Origin: Callorhinchus milii
Taxonomy: Eukaryota
Direction: 5' to 3'
NCBI RefSeq assembly: GCF_018977255.1
Contig: NW_024704743.1
Span: 48,362,001 to 48,426,000 of the forward strand
Length of the DNA stretch: 64,000 nucleotides
Under the pieces are notes generated by a model that searched no databases, was not told the origin of the DNA, and was given only the letters and a program-made list of their open reading frames with translations. The translations under genes were made by a program, and so were the position numbers. Shown here piece by piece: positions 24,650 to 37,727 of this stretch. Numbering within the stretch: position 1 is the first letter of the stretch; each line of letters begins with the position of its first letter.

Positions 24650-26340
24650 ATGGAAATGAAAATAAACTTACAATAGGAAAAGGATTGTGCTTACAATTGA
24701 TGAAAAGCTCATCATAATACAAAGTCTGGAAATTGTGAGCCAGCAAGAAAACTTGCTTCAGACTTCAGTATCAGTCCCCGACCTATCTACAACATTAAGA
24801 AAGCAAAAAAAAACTGTGAAAATTTAATGAAGAATTGGACAGTGATGTGGGGCCATCCTATATGATGGTAATATCAGATCCGGGTTCCTTCAAATGGATA
24901 ATGTCATTCATTAATTGTTTCTGTAATTTAGTGCTACAGGAGTTCCATCTTATTTGTAATAATGGAGAAGGCACATAATGGAAATTTATAGTTAGAATGA
25001 CTACGATGCTTCAAAAAACACAATGGCACCAGATCAATGGTATTGCGAGGGGAGAAACAATGAGAATATTTGTTGGTTATCAAATCAACTAAATAATAGT
25101 AGTAATAATAATAATCCTTGCATTTGATATAGCGCTTTATCACGTCTTCTAAACGTCTCAAAGCGCTTCACAGAATAGACTGTAAAGTGAATTGACTATA
25201 TATTTGTGGAGAAACAAGGCAGCCAATTGCACACAGCAGTGTCCCACAAACAGTCGTGGATTGAGTGACCAATTTATTATTGGTTTTTTTTGAGGGATTA
25301 TTATCAGACATGTGGAGCAAGGAAACTTACCCAAGGTTTCACCCTGCCAGGAATCTAAAGAGAACCTAAAGAGAACCTGGATGTTTTCTGAAGAAAATAT
25401 GACTTTACATATGTTTAATGAAAATTAAACTAATATATTTTGGAAATGTCTGTCAACCCGTACTATGGTAACCACGAGGCAAATGTACCTATATTGCCTA
25501 TAAAACCAGTACCTGACCATGCTTGCATGTTCGAATGCTGCTGGTACACACAAACTTCAGCTTATTGTCGTTGGTAACGTAGAGCTTCAAAAAGCATAAA
25601 TATGCACCTGATGTCTGTTCATTATTATAATCAGGAAATGAGTAGAGAGCATTAGGGACATTTTCCATATCCAGTTCACAGTGAAGGTACTCCTCAACCT
25701 ATGAGGAATAGGTTTTTTTGGATCAGCCGGTTGTCCAACACATGCGGAAACCTTCATCACCATGCTTAAGAGTATCCAAACCAAACTGAGAAATAGTACA
25801 CATTTAAACATTTACACATTTCCTACACATGGAAATCCCAGAGATAGATTGATGGAATGGAATGCACACTCTCCCCCTGGAGGGACGCATCCTGGTTACC
25901 TAATTCCAGAAAGTATTAGGCGCAAGAGCCAAGGCTTGGGGATCCCAGAGTGTACATTGGGTTACTGCTGGAGTCTACCAGCTAAAATCACATAGCTTAC
26001 CATTGATATGATGAGGATTAGCATGCCAGAAAAAGAAATGCTGGAGAACAAAATTTCCCATAAGAAACCAGTGCAAGCATTACAAAAGAAAAGCCTGCAT
26101 ATGAAGCAATTGGGAGCAGTGACTTCTTACCTTCAACTATCAACATGTCAACATCAAATAAATGTTGGAAGTTATTATGGTGTTGGGAACAGTGTTCCTG
26201 TCTATCCACATATTAGTCAATTCTTGATTATACTTCTGTCCTGTACAGGTATTTGTTGTTCAGTGCACCTTGTTTTGTGAATTATAGAATACTGCATGTT
26301 TCGCAATGTTTCTGGTTGAGTAAAAGATGGTGACAGTACA
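24650..26340 (+). mobile_element. Decayed Tigger/pogo-family transposase (pseudogenised, with nested insertions)
   Basis: CENP-B-type HTH RKRIVLTIDEKLIIIQSLE/EPARKLASDFSISPRPIYNIKK at 24675-24810. DDE_1-region IFWKCLSTRT and LTMLACSNAAGTHKLQLIVVG at 25435-25580. Frameshifts and stops are present and the ends are uncertain. Confidence 0.75.
25092..25355 (-). mobile_element. SINE family B, short subtype, nested in the Tigger-like element
   Basis: The reverse complement matches the body of the 6054 copy. The head is partly missing. Confidence 0.85.
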
Positions 26341-27784
26341 TTAGACTACATTAATTCTTGCTCTATCCCTCCACCTTGCCCCTTCGTTCCCCATCTTCAG
26401 ATCGCACCTGAAGATCTTCCTCTTTGACTGTGCCTATGGTCACTTCCTCCTCCCCTCCAACTCCTTGTTGTGCTCCACCATTATCAAGCGCTTTGGGACG
26501 CTACCCTGCGTATGGGGCGCTATATAAATACAAGTTATTGTTATATTTTACATGAGAATCAGAAATCGGTGTGGGATGGCCATTACCCGCACTGTTTTAA
26601 TATTTACACCAGGTCCAGTTAGTGTGAATGTTGAACTCTCTGCTGTATTCTTGACACTTTACAGAATAAAATTAGTAAAAATGTAATGAATGTTGATATA
26701 GTAAATGAAGGAGCGTTACTTTCCTTGAGTTCCATCTAAAAGCTGCCAGTCCTCAGTAGGCAGTAGGATCCACAATGGCAATGCATTGTATAGTAATGTG
26801 GTCGTCAAGCAGCTGGAGAAGTGGATGACAGAAATGTGCTAAATGTAAGGATGATAATAATCTCTGCATTGGTGCTTTTCGCATTGGGAGGACATCTCAG
26901 TGTGCTTCAGGATTTATTGTAAAGTGTAGTGATTATGTATTGTTTTGTAGGCAAACATAAATGTTCTTTTTGCACACAGAAAACAATTTACATTGATATA
27001 GTGCCCATCGTGTGGGGTAGTGTCCTGGAGCACTGAAACAGCCATTAATTAAATGACCAATTTTATCTGGGGGATTGTTGGCCAGAATATGGGGAGAAAC
27101 TCTTTTTGAATCCTATGTTATCTTATGTATAGGGTGCTATCTAAATATATGTTGTTGTTAAGTACTTTGAACAGAAGGTATTGACCTTGACTTTCGTTTC
27201 CAGTCAAGCATTCTCAATTCAATTCCACTTCTCATTTGTATCAAGCCCACAGCACAAAATTGTTCATATTTGGATATTGTCAAGTAAAACTTCTTAAATG
27301 TTTTTTTCCTTACCAACTGGTTTCCCTAGGACAGGTATTGAAGTATCTCACTGTATTGAAGGAAGAGAGAAGCAGACCTGCTACTATGTAAATGCTGTTG
27401 CCACTTTGAAGTGATGCTTGAAGTGTTCAAGATCTGCTATCCTGACAAAGACTTTTTCTCCTATTTTGTCACTGTTTAATTGAGAATAACATTCCTTTGA
27501 GGTGTTTATTATATATATTTAAGTGCAAGTTGTTTTGAGGATTGTAGATTACATATATAAATAAACATGTTGGATCTGTTGATAAAATAATAGTAACAGT
27601 TTCTTACTGGAGGTACTGCAAAACATCAATGGTGCAGTCAGGGGTTGAATTAACTACACTAAATATGTGAGAATTCTGCATTCATTATAGAAATCCTATT
27701 ATCTTTTCAGTTCACTATCTAAAGTTACTTTGTTTTTCATAACATCTGCATTACTTAAAGCATTTAATGTATTCATGTCCTATG

Positions 27785-28180
27785 TGTCAGCTTTGCTCAT
27801 TTAGGAGCACTCTTGTCTAAACATCAGGACGTTGTGGGTTCAAGCTTCACATTGGGACTTGGGCACATAATGTAGGTTGATACTTCAGTGCAGTGTTGGC
27901 AGATGTGCTGTCCCTCACAAGAGATTTTACACCAGGGTTCCATTTGCCTAATCTTCAGGTGCTTTAAAGATCCCGTGTCACTATTTGAAAAGACAAATGG
28001 GTTTCTCCCAGTGTCCTGGCCAACAATCCTCCACCTAAAGTTGATCATTCATCTAATAGTTGTTGTGTTTTCCTGTGTGCAAAATGGCTGCCATAGTCAC
28101 TACACTTGCCAATAATTACCTGAGAAGGGTTTTGAGTCATTTCAGTGTGATAAGGCACTATTTCTAAATACATGTTATTT
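27785..28180 (+). mobile_element. SINE family A (DeuSINE-like), diverged
   Basis: Colinear similarity with 53230-53648, including tctcccagtgtcctggccaacaatc. Confidence 0.7.
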
Positions 28181-30676
28181 CTAAATATGATTATTTGTCA
28201 GTTTTTTAAGGTCAGAAAACATCAATTTGTGTGCACTAACTAATTATTCAAGTTGAAATGAATGTTTTAATATGTGTAAAGTAGTGGAGTTCATATGTAT
28301 TGTTGATCAAAGATGAGTCACATTTTTGCGACTTCTAAGGTATGTGATTAGAATGATAAACCAATGTTTGAATGGTTTGATAGTAGCTGAATAGTGTGTA
28401 AATACAAGCTGTTTATTTGCCAGAACCAGTCTGATTTATCATTGCTATGGAAACCACATAATAAATGTTTACAACCATCTGTGTGGTTTGAAGGTTTTTG
28501 CAGCATAGCTGAGTTGTTTTTGTTTACTGTGGTTAAAATGCTCAGAACAACTTATCAAATGTCAGCGTCATCTCCCAACTGAACTTAATTAATCACAAAG
28601 ATGACAGCCTGTCAGTCAGCCAGACTAAGACATAATTGATTGATGTTATCATATAAAATGGTCAAAAGAGGTGTGTGCTGATGACAATATGTATTCATTG
28701 TACTGTTTTTATAAATCATACTGTCAGTCCTAACCAATGCCTACAATGTTTTCAACACAAGAGAATCTCTGTATTATGGTTGCATTTTTCTTTTTTTTAA
28801 AAAGGCCATTACAGTGTCTCCAACATCTAAATGAGATAGATAGCAGTCTAATCTACTTGAATATATAATGCAATCATTAATTTAAAAATATTTTATGATA
28901 TAATGTAACTAAGTACTTGCAATTCACCCCAATAATCCTGGACGCAGGAACCTGATTCTTATTTACCAAAAAATGTCCAAGATTGGACCAGATTCTCCTA
29001 TACTTAGTGAACTTCAGCATGTTCCCGATTCCACCCTAAAATGCTGCCAGACTTAGTTTATATTAGTTTATATTAATTAGTTCATAATTGACATCCACCT
29101 GAAATTGTGTTGAAATTGATCAAGCTATAAAAGAAGAATATCTATCTTACCACTTAAATTAATTCTTAGTCAAATTACTGTCTAATTCCCCCTCAAATTT
29201 GTTGACACACTCAGCCTTTATTGCCTCCTTGCATAGTCTATTCCATATACAGTCACCACTGTGTATAAAATAATTAAACCTGAACTCTGCTCACTTTTCC
29301 TCTTCAAAGTGTGTGTGTCCTCTTGTCCCAGATGTTTTAACCATGGATACAAAATACATGCAATTCTATTGCTACCAAAGAAGTACAAGCATTACATTTA
29401 GAAAGTAAGTAGAACACACGTAACATACCAGTTAATCAAAGACTAATGCATGTAAATTCCAAAAGCTTTGTGCCTTTTTTTTTAAACTGCAATTTATTGT
29501 AATAAAGGAAGTGTTGTAAAGCATGCAACTGTAGTACAAGGGGTTTAAAAGCAGTTTGATCTTCACTCTTTTTGAAATAAACTGCCTTTAATTCAGAAAA
29601 TTAAAAAAAACTCTTTACGTATGACCCTTAGCCTAATTATTTGAAAATACCTCCCAATCACAAAGACCATTTCCATAAATAGTTCACAGGTGGCCTTGTG
29701 GGGTTGTTGTAAGTGTTATGAAAATGGGTTCCTAATTTGGTTCGCATGCATCTGTCCTGTACATAAACATAAACACCAGTGGATCACTTAATGATTCAGG
29801 AAATTGTACACAAAAGGTTAAATAAAAGCTATTTGTGACCCCTTTATAGTTTGCAGCATTTGGAGATCCCCGTTTAATGGTTAAATGCTTGGAAGAGAAA
29901 AATGGTTTCTGCTACCTACATTTTTGCATGAAGTACTGTATATTATTTCATGGGCATTTACCTGAGGGATAATAAAATAAAGCTGATTTGAATTATTGAT
30001 TTATTAGTAGATATTCAAAAATTTCAGTTGGATTATTTCTATAGGTTTGCAACAATCTGTACAACATAAACTAGATAAGGGATGCTGGGGAAGCTAAACT
30101 ACAGTTACGGTAGGGAGTGGGTTATGTTGGGGAGAGATTAGGGCAGCTTGTTGTATGTGTTTCGTGGAATAGCTTTTGGTGGAGCAGGCTTGATGGGCTA
30201 AATGGCAGTCTCTTGTTCCTTATATTCTAGGTTTGTATTTTATTGTTGCAAATAAAACTTGATTCACCTCAATAGTTAGCTGTGAAAGATAACATTGGAA
30301 AGAGCTTTGATCAGATACAATGGTCTTTAATATTTAGAACTTATAGTTAATATTTGCACCTGTTCCAACAATAGTCATCTATAGTATACCTTGCAAATGG
30401 TAGGTTATGATTACACTGGGGCAGTGAATAATGGGCTGTTGATTTAATTTCTCATAAATAGTGCATCATTTTTATAATTCATCTGGAGAATGCACCATGC
30501 TGAATTTCATACAATGTGTGTCACTACCTCCCCCATACAGAAAATATTTATTGTGCAGAATTCCTGCATGAGCATTTTGTTGTTGTTTAGAGGATTATAT
30601 TAGAATATTTTGTGATAACTTACATTTTCTAACCCTATACAATGATACTAATGGGTTTTTTTTCAATGTTTTCTAG

Positions 30677-30763
30677 AAGAAGAAGAGAATTCCTCAGTTC
30701 CTATAGCATCATCATCTATTGAAGTTGAAAAGATGAGCCAACATAACAGTGGCAGTTTGATGG
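30677..30763 (+). CDS. SKAP2: SKAP2 coding exon (87 bp; EEEENSSVPIASSSIEVEKMSQHNSGSLM)
   Basis: Acceptor ttttctag|, donor G|gtacga. Phase 1-1 bridges the flanking exons. EEEE and KMSQ resemble SKAP2. Confidence 0.85.
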
Positions 30764-33700
30764 GTACGATTATTCATTATGTTTTGTATACATTAAAAAA
30801 GGGGATAATTCTGATACTTGTTCCCAGGTGTGTTCTAGTTGGATATTTCAAATTAATTTCAAAATGTTTACATTTCAAAACTCCATTTCATCAGTGGAAT
30901 GGGCATGGTGAAGTCAGCCAAGTTGCTCCCCATGGGGTGTGTCTGTTTCTTGTCACTTATGTTGGTGGATTAATCTGTATCCTTCCTGATCCCCATACAG
31001 TATTTCAACATAATTTACCACTTACTGGTACTGAACTTTTTAATTAATTTGGAGTGCAGGGATTGTTGGCCTTTAGAACTGGGAAGGATACTAAATCCCA
31101 TTTTACTACAACAGCAGATTGAAGACTGACTCAACACAAGAATATTCTGAATTTATCGCATATTTAAACAATTTTAATACCTATCTTTCTTTTTTTTTTA
31201 AATTGCGTTACCCAAATTATTTGTTTTCCTCTTCACGTGATCTGTTCCATATGATGTCTGTTGTTGAATAGAAAATACAAAGCTGTGGTTTGATCCATTC
31301 CCTTCGCGATAGAGGAGTCCTTTGATAAGATAACCTTGACAAAATCGAAGGCATTTTTTCAATGGCTTAAATGTTTCAAACACTTTACTTTCATGAATTT
31401 AAAAAGGTTTTATTACTAACCTATGGGTTGGAGATGTAACAGTGTAAACATTTTGGTTCAGGTATTTTTCATAATTAAGCTGTGCATATCCTGTTTACCA
31501 AAGTTAGTGGACAGTAAAAGTTTTATTAGGGGTCTAGTGTTTTTAAGCAGTTGTTCTATTTGGTTGTAACTCAACTGGAAATCAGTTTATTTTGCTTTTT
31601 ACAAAAAATCATAGTGCAGTTAAGTCTCTGTTGAGTAAGACTTCATTTTAAAGCAACCCTCCTCTTTTCATTATTTTCCACAAGACCCCTGTGGTAAGAC
31701 AGGGGACCAGTCTGGTTTTTGTCCAGTTTTATGTACTTGTGTGGCAGCAACAAAGCCCATAAGTATTGATTAATGTATGTGGTGGTCACTTGAGAAGGAT
31801 TTATAAAATAAACCAATTTAGTTCTTCCTGAATTAGTTTGTAATGACTCAATTAGCTTTTATTCCTGTACAAAAGAGATTTAAGTGAATAAATTAGCAGA
31901 TCATCATTGGGGAAGTGTCAGCACTGAAGGACAGTTTGTAGATGTAATACAGAGTTGCTGTCACACCCTTAAGGTTGTAATATAGACATCTGTGTATACT
32001 TTGTGGTTTGGTGAAACAGACTTCTGCCATTCAGAGCCTGACAAGGGACCAAAAGTTACCGAGGGAATAGGCAATGCAGATGTCTCTGAAAAGGTCAGCT
32101 TGACACAGGCTTTGATGATCGACCTACTGCTCTGTCTGCTTTGATAAAAATCCGATAAACTTAAGACTGCTAATTGATCTGCAGCCTGTTTAAATGTTGG
32201 CCATGCATATCTTCATTGTGTATGATTAGCGTAGAAAGCAAATGAAGACTAGTAGCTAGAAATGCCAGTGACAGCAGGATAAAAATCATAACAGGACATG
32301 CCTACGTTGAACAGAATATATTCTTATCTGCTGCATTTTTGGCACCAACGCCTGTGCACTAATTATCAGATCAACTGGAGTGACTACACATGCTCAGTCA
32401 AACTACAGAACTGTGACCTTGCACAGTTTTGTTTCATTGCCTGTAGGTTTGAAAACATGATGCATCACCAACTCAAGGACATTGAATTCGATAAGACAAT
32501 TCTGAGACACAAAGTGGGGCAGATCTGCTTCTTATCAGGACTTTACACCTCCCTTCAGCCAAGTGTCAAGTAGAGCAGGCTTTGCTATTGTATCTTTAAT
32601 GTGTCCTGTGAGGAAATGCAGTCTGGGTCACCTTCCTCATCATGTACACCAAATACATCATTCCCTTAGTGCTGTCAAACAAAGAATGGGTGGACAGGGA
32701 GCATGTGCTCAGGAAGTTGCTTTTCAGATCTTTTCCTATTACAGCATATGGAGAGGAAACAGAAGCCTAGTTTCAGGAAAGCCCACAGAGGAAGTTTCAA
32801 GCAGGTTGCTGTTAGATTTTGTCTTGCACATGAGCTTTTCATAAAGGAAGTGGTCATTGGGTCATCTAATGACAGCAATGAGGATAAGCAGAAACTCTGT
32901 GATACTCTTATTTAGCATCCTAATGTTGGATGTTAGTACTTTTAGTCAAAAGATTGTCCATCTATATTTTTCTGTACGGTACATGCATTCCACGATTACC
33001 TGTTCTCCCCTAAAACTCTCAAAATGTTGACATGATATTCTGTACAAGCAAACGTAGTGTTGCTGCTGTTCCCTCATGACCTTTGCCCTCAAACAGACAC
33101 TTAACTTTGTAACACAAGAAATTTGGTTGCCAAGTAGAGAATAAATGTTAACGAGGGTATTTCTTTCTTGCTATGATTCTCTTAAATGAACTTCTAACCT
33201 TAGTGAAGAATGCTAGATATTTTCAACCTTACTCTGCTCTCTGGAGAAGAAGCTTTTGTTTATATAAAATACTGAAGCTTTGGTTAGAGATCAGTGAAAT
33301 AAGATGCATGATAGATGTTAAAAAAGTGCTATTTTCAATGTTGTCTGCATCACCACAAACTTACTGCCGTTCTGAAAATTAGCTATATTTTGATAGAGGA
33401 GCAAAGGTTATTTATTTTAAAAGAGAAAACAAATTTTAGAATCGTAACAGTCGTTTTGATGATAAACTACTGAACCAGTTTCGATGAATGTTCTTTTCAA
33501 ACTTACAAATTAAATCGGAGATGGAAAGAGGGTTTAAATAGTCCTCCTTTTGTGATTGCTAGGTGAGCTTTCAGCCATTATATCCCCTCTCTGAAACCAT
33601 TCTGGAGTTCCTCTTCCTTGCTTCTCCCTTTCAAACTTGTCTTAAGACTTCTTTCTTTGACTCTGCTATCTTCTTCTCCCTCCCCCATGGTTCAGGCTCT

Positions 33701-33774
33701 CAGGTCAGTTGTGTGAAATGCTTTAAGATGTCCTCTCGATGTGAAATTCACTCTGTTTATAATGCACCATATAA

Positions 33775-34130
33775 TATTAATCCTTGCATTTGATATAGCA
33801 CCTTATCATGTCTTCGAGACATCTCAAAGCGCTTCACAGAATATACTGTAAAGTAAATTGACTGTCTATTTTGTGGGCAGCCAATTGGACACAGTGGTAT
33901 TCCACAAACAGTCGTGGATTGAATGACCAATTTATGATTATTATATTTTTTAAGGAATTATTACCCCCGGAAAAGAGATTGACAATCGATTAACAACCAG
34001 GTTCCTACTTACTGCTAGGTAAACAGAGGCGTGTGGTGTAAGGAAGCTTGCCCAACGTTTCACCCTGCCAGGAATCGAACCCAGGTCTCTCACTTGCAAG
34101 GCGAGTGCTCTAACCCCTAAGTACAGGCTG
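33775..34130 (-). mobile_element. SINE family B, long subtype
   Basis: The reverse complement has tRNA head, central domain and tail. Confidence 0.85.
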
Positions 34131-35249
34131 TCACATATCTTTGCAAGCGACCTCCAGAATCCCCCTGGCTTTCCCTTCCCTCAATGGCATAGTATATGTC
34201 CTTTAACTCCCTATTAGCATGGTTGAGATTCAGAACATCCATGTCAGGGAACCCCAGCCATGTCTCAGTGGTGCATTTATTGCATATAATTCTGTCCTCT
34301 CCAATCTCAAATATAAGTTTTCCCATTGCCTTTGTTATTTTTTTGAAACTCGGTCTCTCGTTCTATCTCTATTCTAATGATTCCTTACTGGATGTGTGTG
34401 GACACCAAGGAGAACAGGATTGGACTCTGCTGTGATTACAGAAGGACCTGCTAAGACTTAACTGCCTTACTTCATATAATGAATAGCCAGAAGACTGAGG
34501 TGTGAAGGATCAGCACCTGGCGAACATAACAGGGAATTAGTATCTTGAGGAGAGAAATTTTACTCCAAAAATTAAAAAGTTAGTTTTAATGGTAACAAAC
34601 AATCAAAAACTATCTTTTATTTATCAGTACAACTTTAGTCATTTTACAGTTAGTGTATATATAATATACTAACTTTTATATACCAGTCCATTTTAATCTT
34701 GTTATAAGGGAAATATTCTTCATGGATTTTTTCAGATTAGAAATAAAGCAAAACAACAAGATAACATTTTTATAGCGCCTTTCACGTCGGGAGGACGTCC
34801 CAAGGCGCTGGACCATTGAAGAATATGTGTATCAGTTTTACTAAGCTGAATATTTCAAGTATTCTGATTAAATTTGCATCAGTGGAGACACTGTACATTC
34901 ATTAATCTCTAGTATATACTTTATCAGATTGACCAGAGATCTGTTCTGAACAGAATTTGATACCTGAAGCATTTGTGCTGTGTCAAATTACAGTGGCAAA
35001 CCCTTCAGGGCTGAAGTAGTACTTGGATATATCTGAGACCATTTAACCAACCTAATTCCCATTTGGTTGATGTATTTTATTTTCAAAGTGGCACAGGGAA
35101 ATGGGAGTTTTTACTCTGATTAGACTTGTTGGAATATATTAGTCCACATTTTACTTCACTTTTTTGGATATGATTGATTAAATTTAAACCAAATTTAGGT
35201 TTACAGCTATTGTGTAAATGCAATTTAAGATAACCTGTATTCAGTTAGG

Positions 35250-35530
35250 ATGTCCAGGTAGAGATTCCGGTGGATGTGAAAGATACCATGGCATTCTTCG
35301 AAAAGAAAAGGAAATTTCTCCTAATGTCCTGGCCAACAATCCGCAAATGAAATTGCGTCACTTGCTTCACTAACTTCATGACTCTTTGTTGGGCACTGCT
35401 ATGCGCAAATTGGCTACCGTGTTCATCTTCATCTACTGTTCTCTCCACAGTAAAATCCTGTGGAGTCCTCTAAGACATCTCAACGATATGATAAGCCACA
35501 TCTCTATATCAAATACAAGTATTATTATTG
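35250..35530 (+). mobile_element. SINE family A, 3' half
   Basis: ggtggatgtgaaagataccatggc...tgtcctggccaacaatcc...gcgcaaattggct plus tail. Confidence 0.65.
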
Positions 35531-37614
35531 CAAGAAATTCTGCGGGAAAGCATTTAGGAATTTTTACTCATTCTGGAACAATCTATTTCAAAAACAGTTG
35601 TTATTTTTGAAAAAGGCAAGTGTGTATTTTAAGTGTATGCCTACAAAATAGTCACTACACTTTAGAGTAAATCCTGTGAAGAACTTTGAGATTCCTCCCG
35701 ATGTGAAAGGCACATATTTAATGCAAGGATTATTATAATTATTATTATAAGTTCAACATGACAGCACCATTTCCAAACAGTGAATTTTAATGCCTGTGTC
35801 CTTTTTAAAACAAACTTACAGATGACCTCAATTTCATGGCACCCAATTCCTTTGTTTAGTAGCAAAAAAAAGCCATCCTGAGGTCACATGATAATGTTAA
35901 CTGATCCTCTCATTTTTGAGACATGCAGAAATGACTCAACATGCTAAAGATGTATAGCTGTGACATATGTTGTGTTTGAGTAACAAACTTGACCTACTGT
36001 CTTGGGTATCAAATGTCAGATTGTGAACCAAGCTGCCAAAGTTGATCTGACATAACCTTGTAATTAGTGCTTGCTCAGTAGCATTACAGGGAATTTGTTT
36101 CACTCTGCGAGAGCAGAACCTATACCCCCAGAAAGCTTTGGTCTATGATAGCATTGCCATTATTAAACCTATTAGGATGAAGTTTTAATGAAGTGCATCA
36201 TCATAACCCCACTGACATGGGATGTTGCCCTAGAACTTGGTCATTGTAACATTAAGATTCAAAAACAAAAACGCCATGTTTAATAAGGCTTGAAATTGGT
36301 ACGCCACTCACAAATGCTTGGATGAAAGCCATGCAAGTAAAAAAGAAAATGGAGCCCTTTGAGGCTGGGTTAGTCCAGCTATAAAAGACAAAGAATGCTT
36401 TTGCTAAACAAGTCATCAATCAGCTAATTGCCTGAATGTCGGGTTACAAACCACAAGCCTTCTGTGTAAGTGAATTCAAAATGAATGAACATTACAGTTA
36501 ATGTCTGAAGTCTTTCATTGTAGTACTTCCTAACTGAACTTTAACCAGTCTTACGTTCATATAAAATATATTTTTATGTAACAGAGCAGCGAATAGTGCT
36601 ACTAATGTTTTACTACTGAAGTACCAAATTACATAGTTCAAGCCACAGTAATTCTTAAACAGGGAAAGAATATTAAATTGAAATAGTATTGCCAATCATG
36701 CAAGAGTAGAGTTATTTTAGCAATAAATAAAACTACTGAAGTTTTAATCATTTTTATCAAAGCGTTTAGCAAAAGAACAAGTGAGTTCTAAAGTCTCAGG
36801 ATTTCAAAATTAAAATCAAAGTAGGAGCAAAAGTAAACATATTGGTTCCTTCAATTGGTAAAGATTGAAGTGGCAAAGATATTGCCCAGTGTGAAACTAG
36901 CCAGAGGTCAATGACACTCGGCTCGAAAGAGCTCCAGTTTCATTCTTGTGCCACGTGATGTCATCAAAACCATTGATCTAATTACTGCCTTGTATCTTGT
37001 TGCCACCATTTATTACCCTGTACCTCCTCAAAGAAATTCTCCACAAAACTAAAATACTGTAGCACCACCTTGCTGGCACTGAAGTAGCATCACTAGAAAC
37101 ATAAGTTTCTAATTCTTTGTATTTATTTGTGTATTGCCAGGGCACTGAGCTGTTAAAATAATTTATTTGCCACCCTCTATGCACTCCTAAGCCGCTTATT
37201 GTAAACTCTCTTCCACCATCTTAATGAAAGTAACACAAAATTGTTTAGTGTACTGCAACTGAAACTACTAAAGCCTGCGAGACTTATTATAGCTTTATTA
37301 ATTTATTATTATACAATGAAATGTATATCAAAAAATTTAAACTGAACTTTCCTTAATAAGAGGGACATGAGAAAACAATGCAGTTACCACTTTTATTATC
37401 AGCTACCTGAAGAATATGATCACCTAACCTACTAAACACTGAATGTCATACCCAACAGCCAGTACATATATGCATTGATAAAAAACTCTTTCTTCTGGCT
37501 TTCTGACTACCTTCTACCTATTTTCACTTTCCACATACTATTTAGGAATTCAAGAAAAATATTTCCTGAAGCAAAAGTAAGATTGTTTTGTTTGAATTTT
37601 GTTTATCTTCAAAG

Positions 37615-37727
37615 GAGAGAAAGCAACTGACCATGCAAATTACTACCAAGGATTGTGGGATTGCTCAGGGGATCAAGCAGATGAACTTTCTTTTAAACGT
37701 GGTGACGCTATCTATGTGGTTAGCAAG
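37615..37727 (+). CDS. SKAP2: SKAP2 coding exon (113 bp; SH3 N-half [38 protein letters not shown])
   Basis: Acceptor tcttcaaag|, donor AAG|gtaaga. SH3 signature YQGLWDC...ELSFKRGD. Confidence 0.96.

Noticed and set aside
24650..26340. Domesticated TIGD/JRK-like gene
   Set aside because: Frameshifts, stops, deletions and nested insertions leave no intact ORF.
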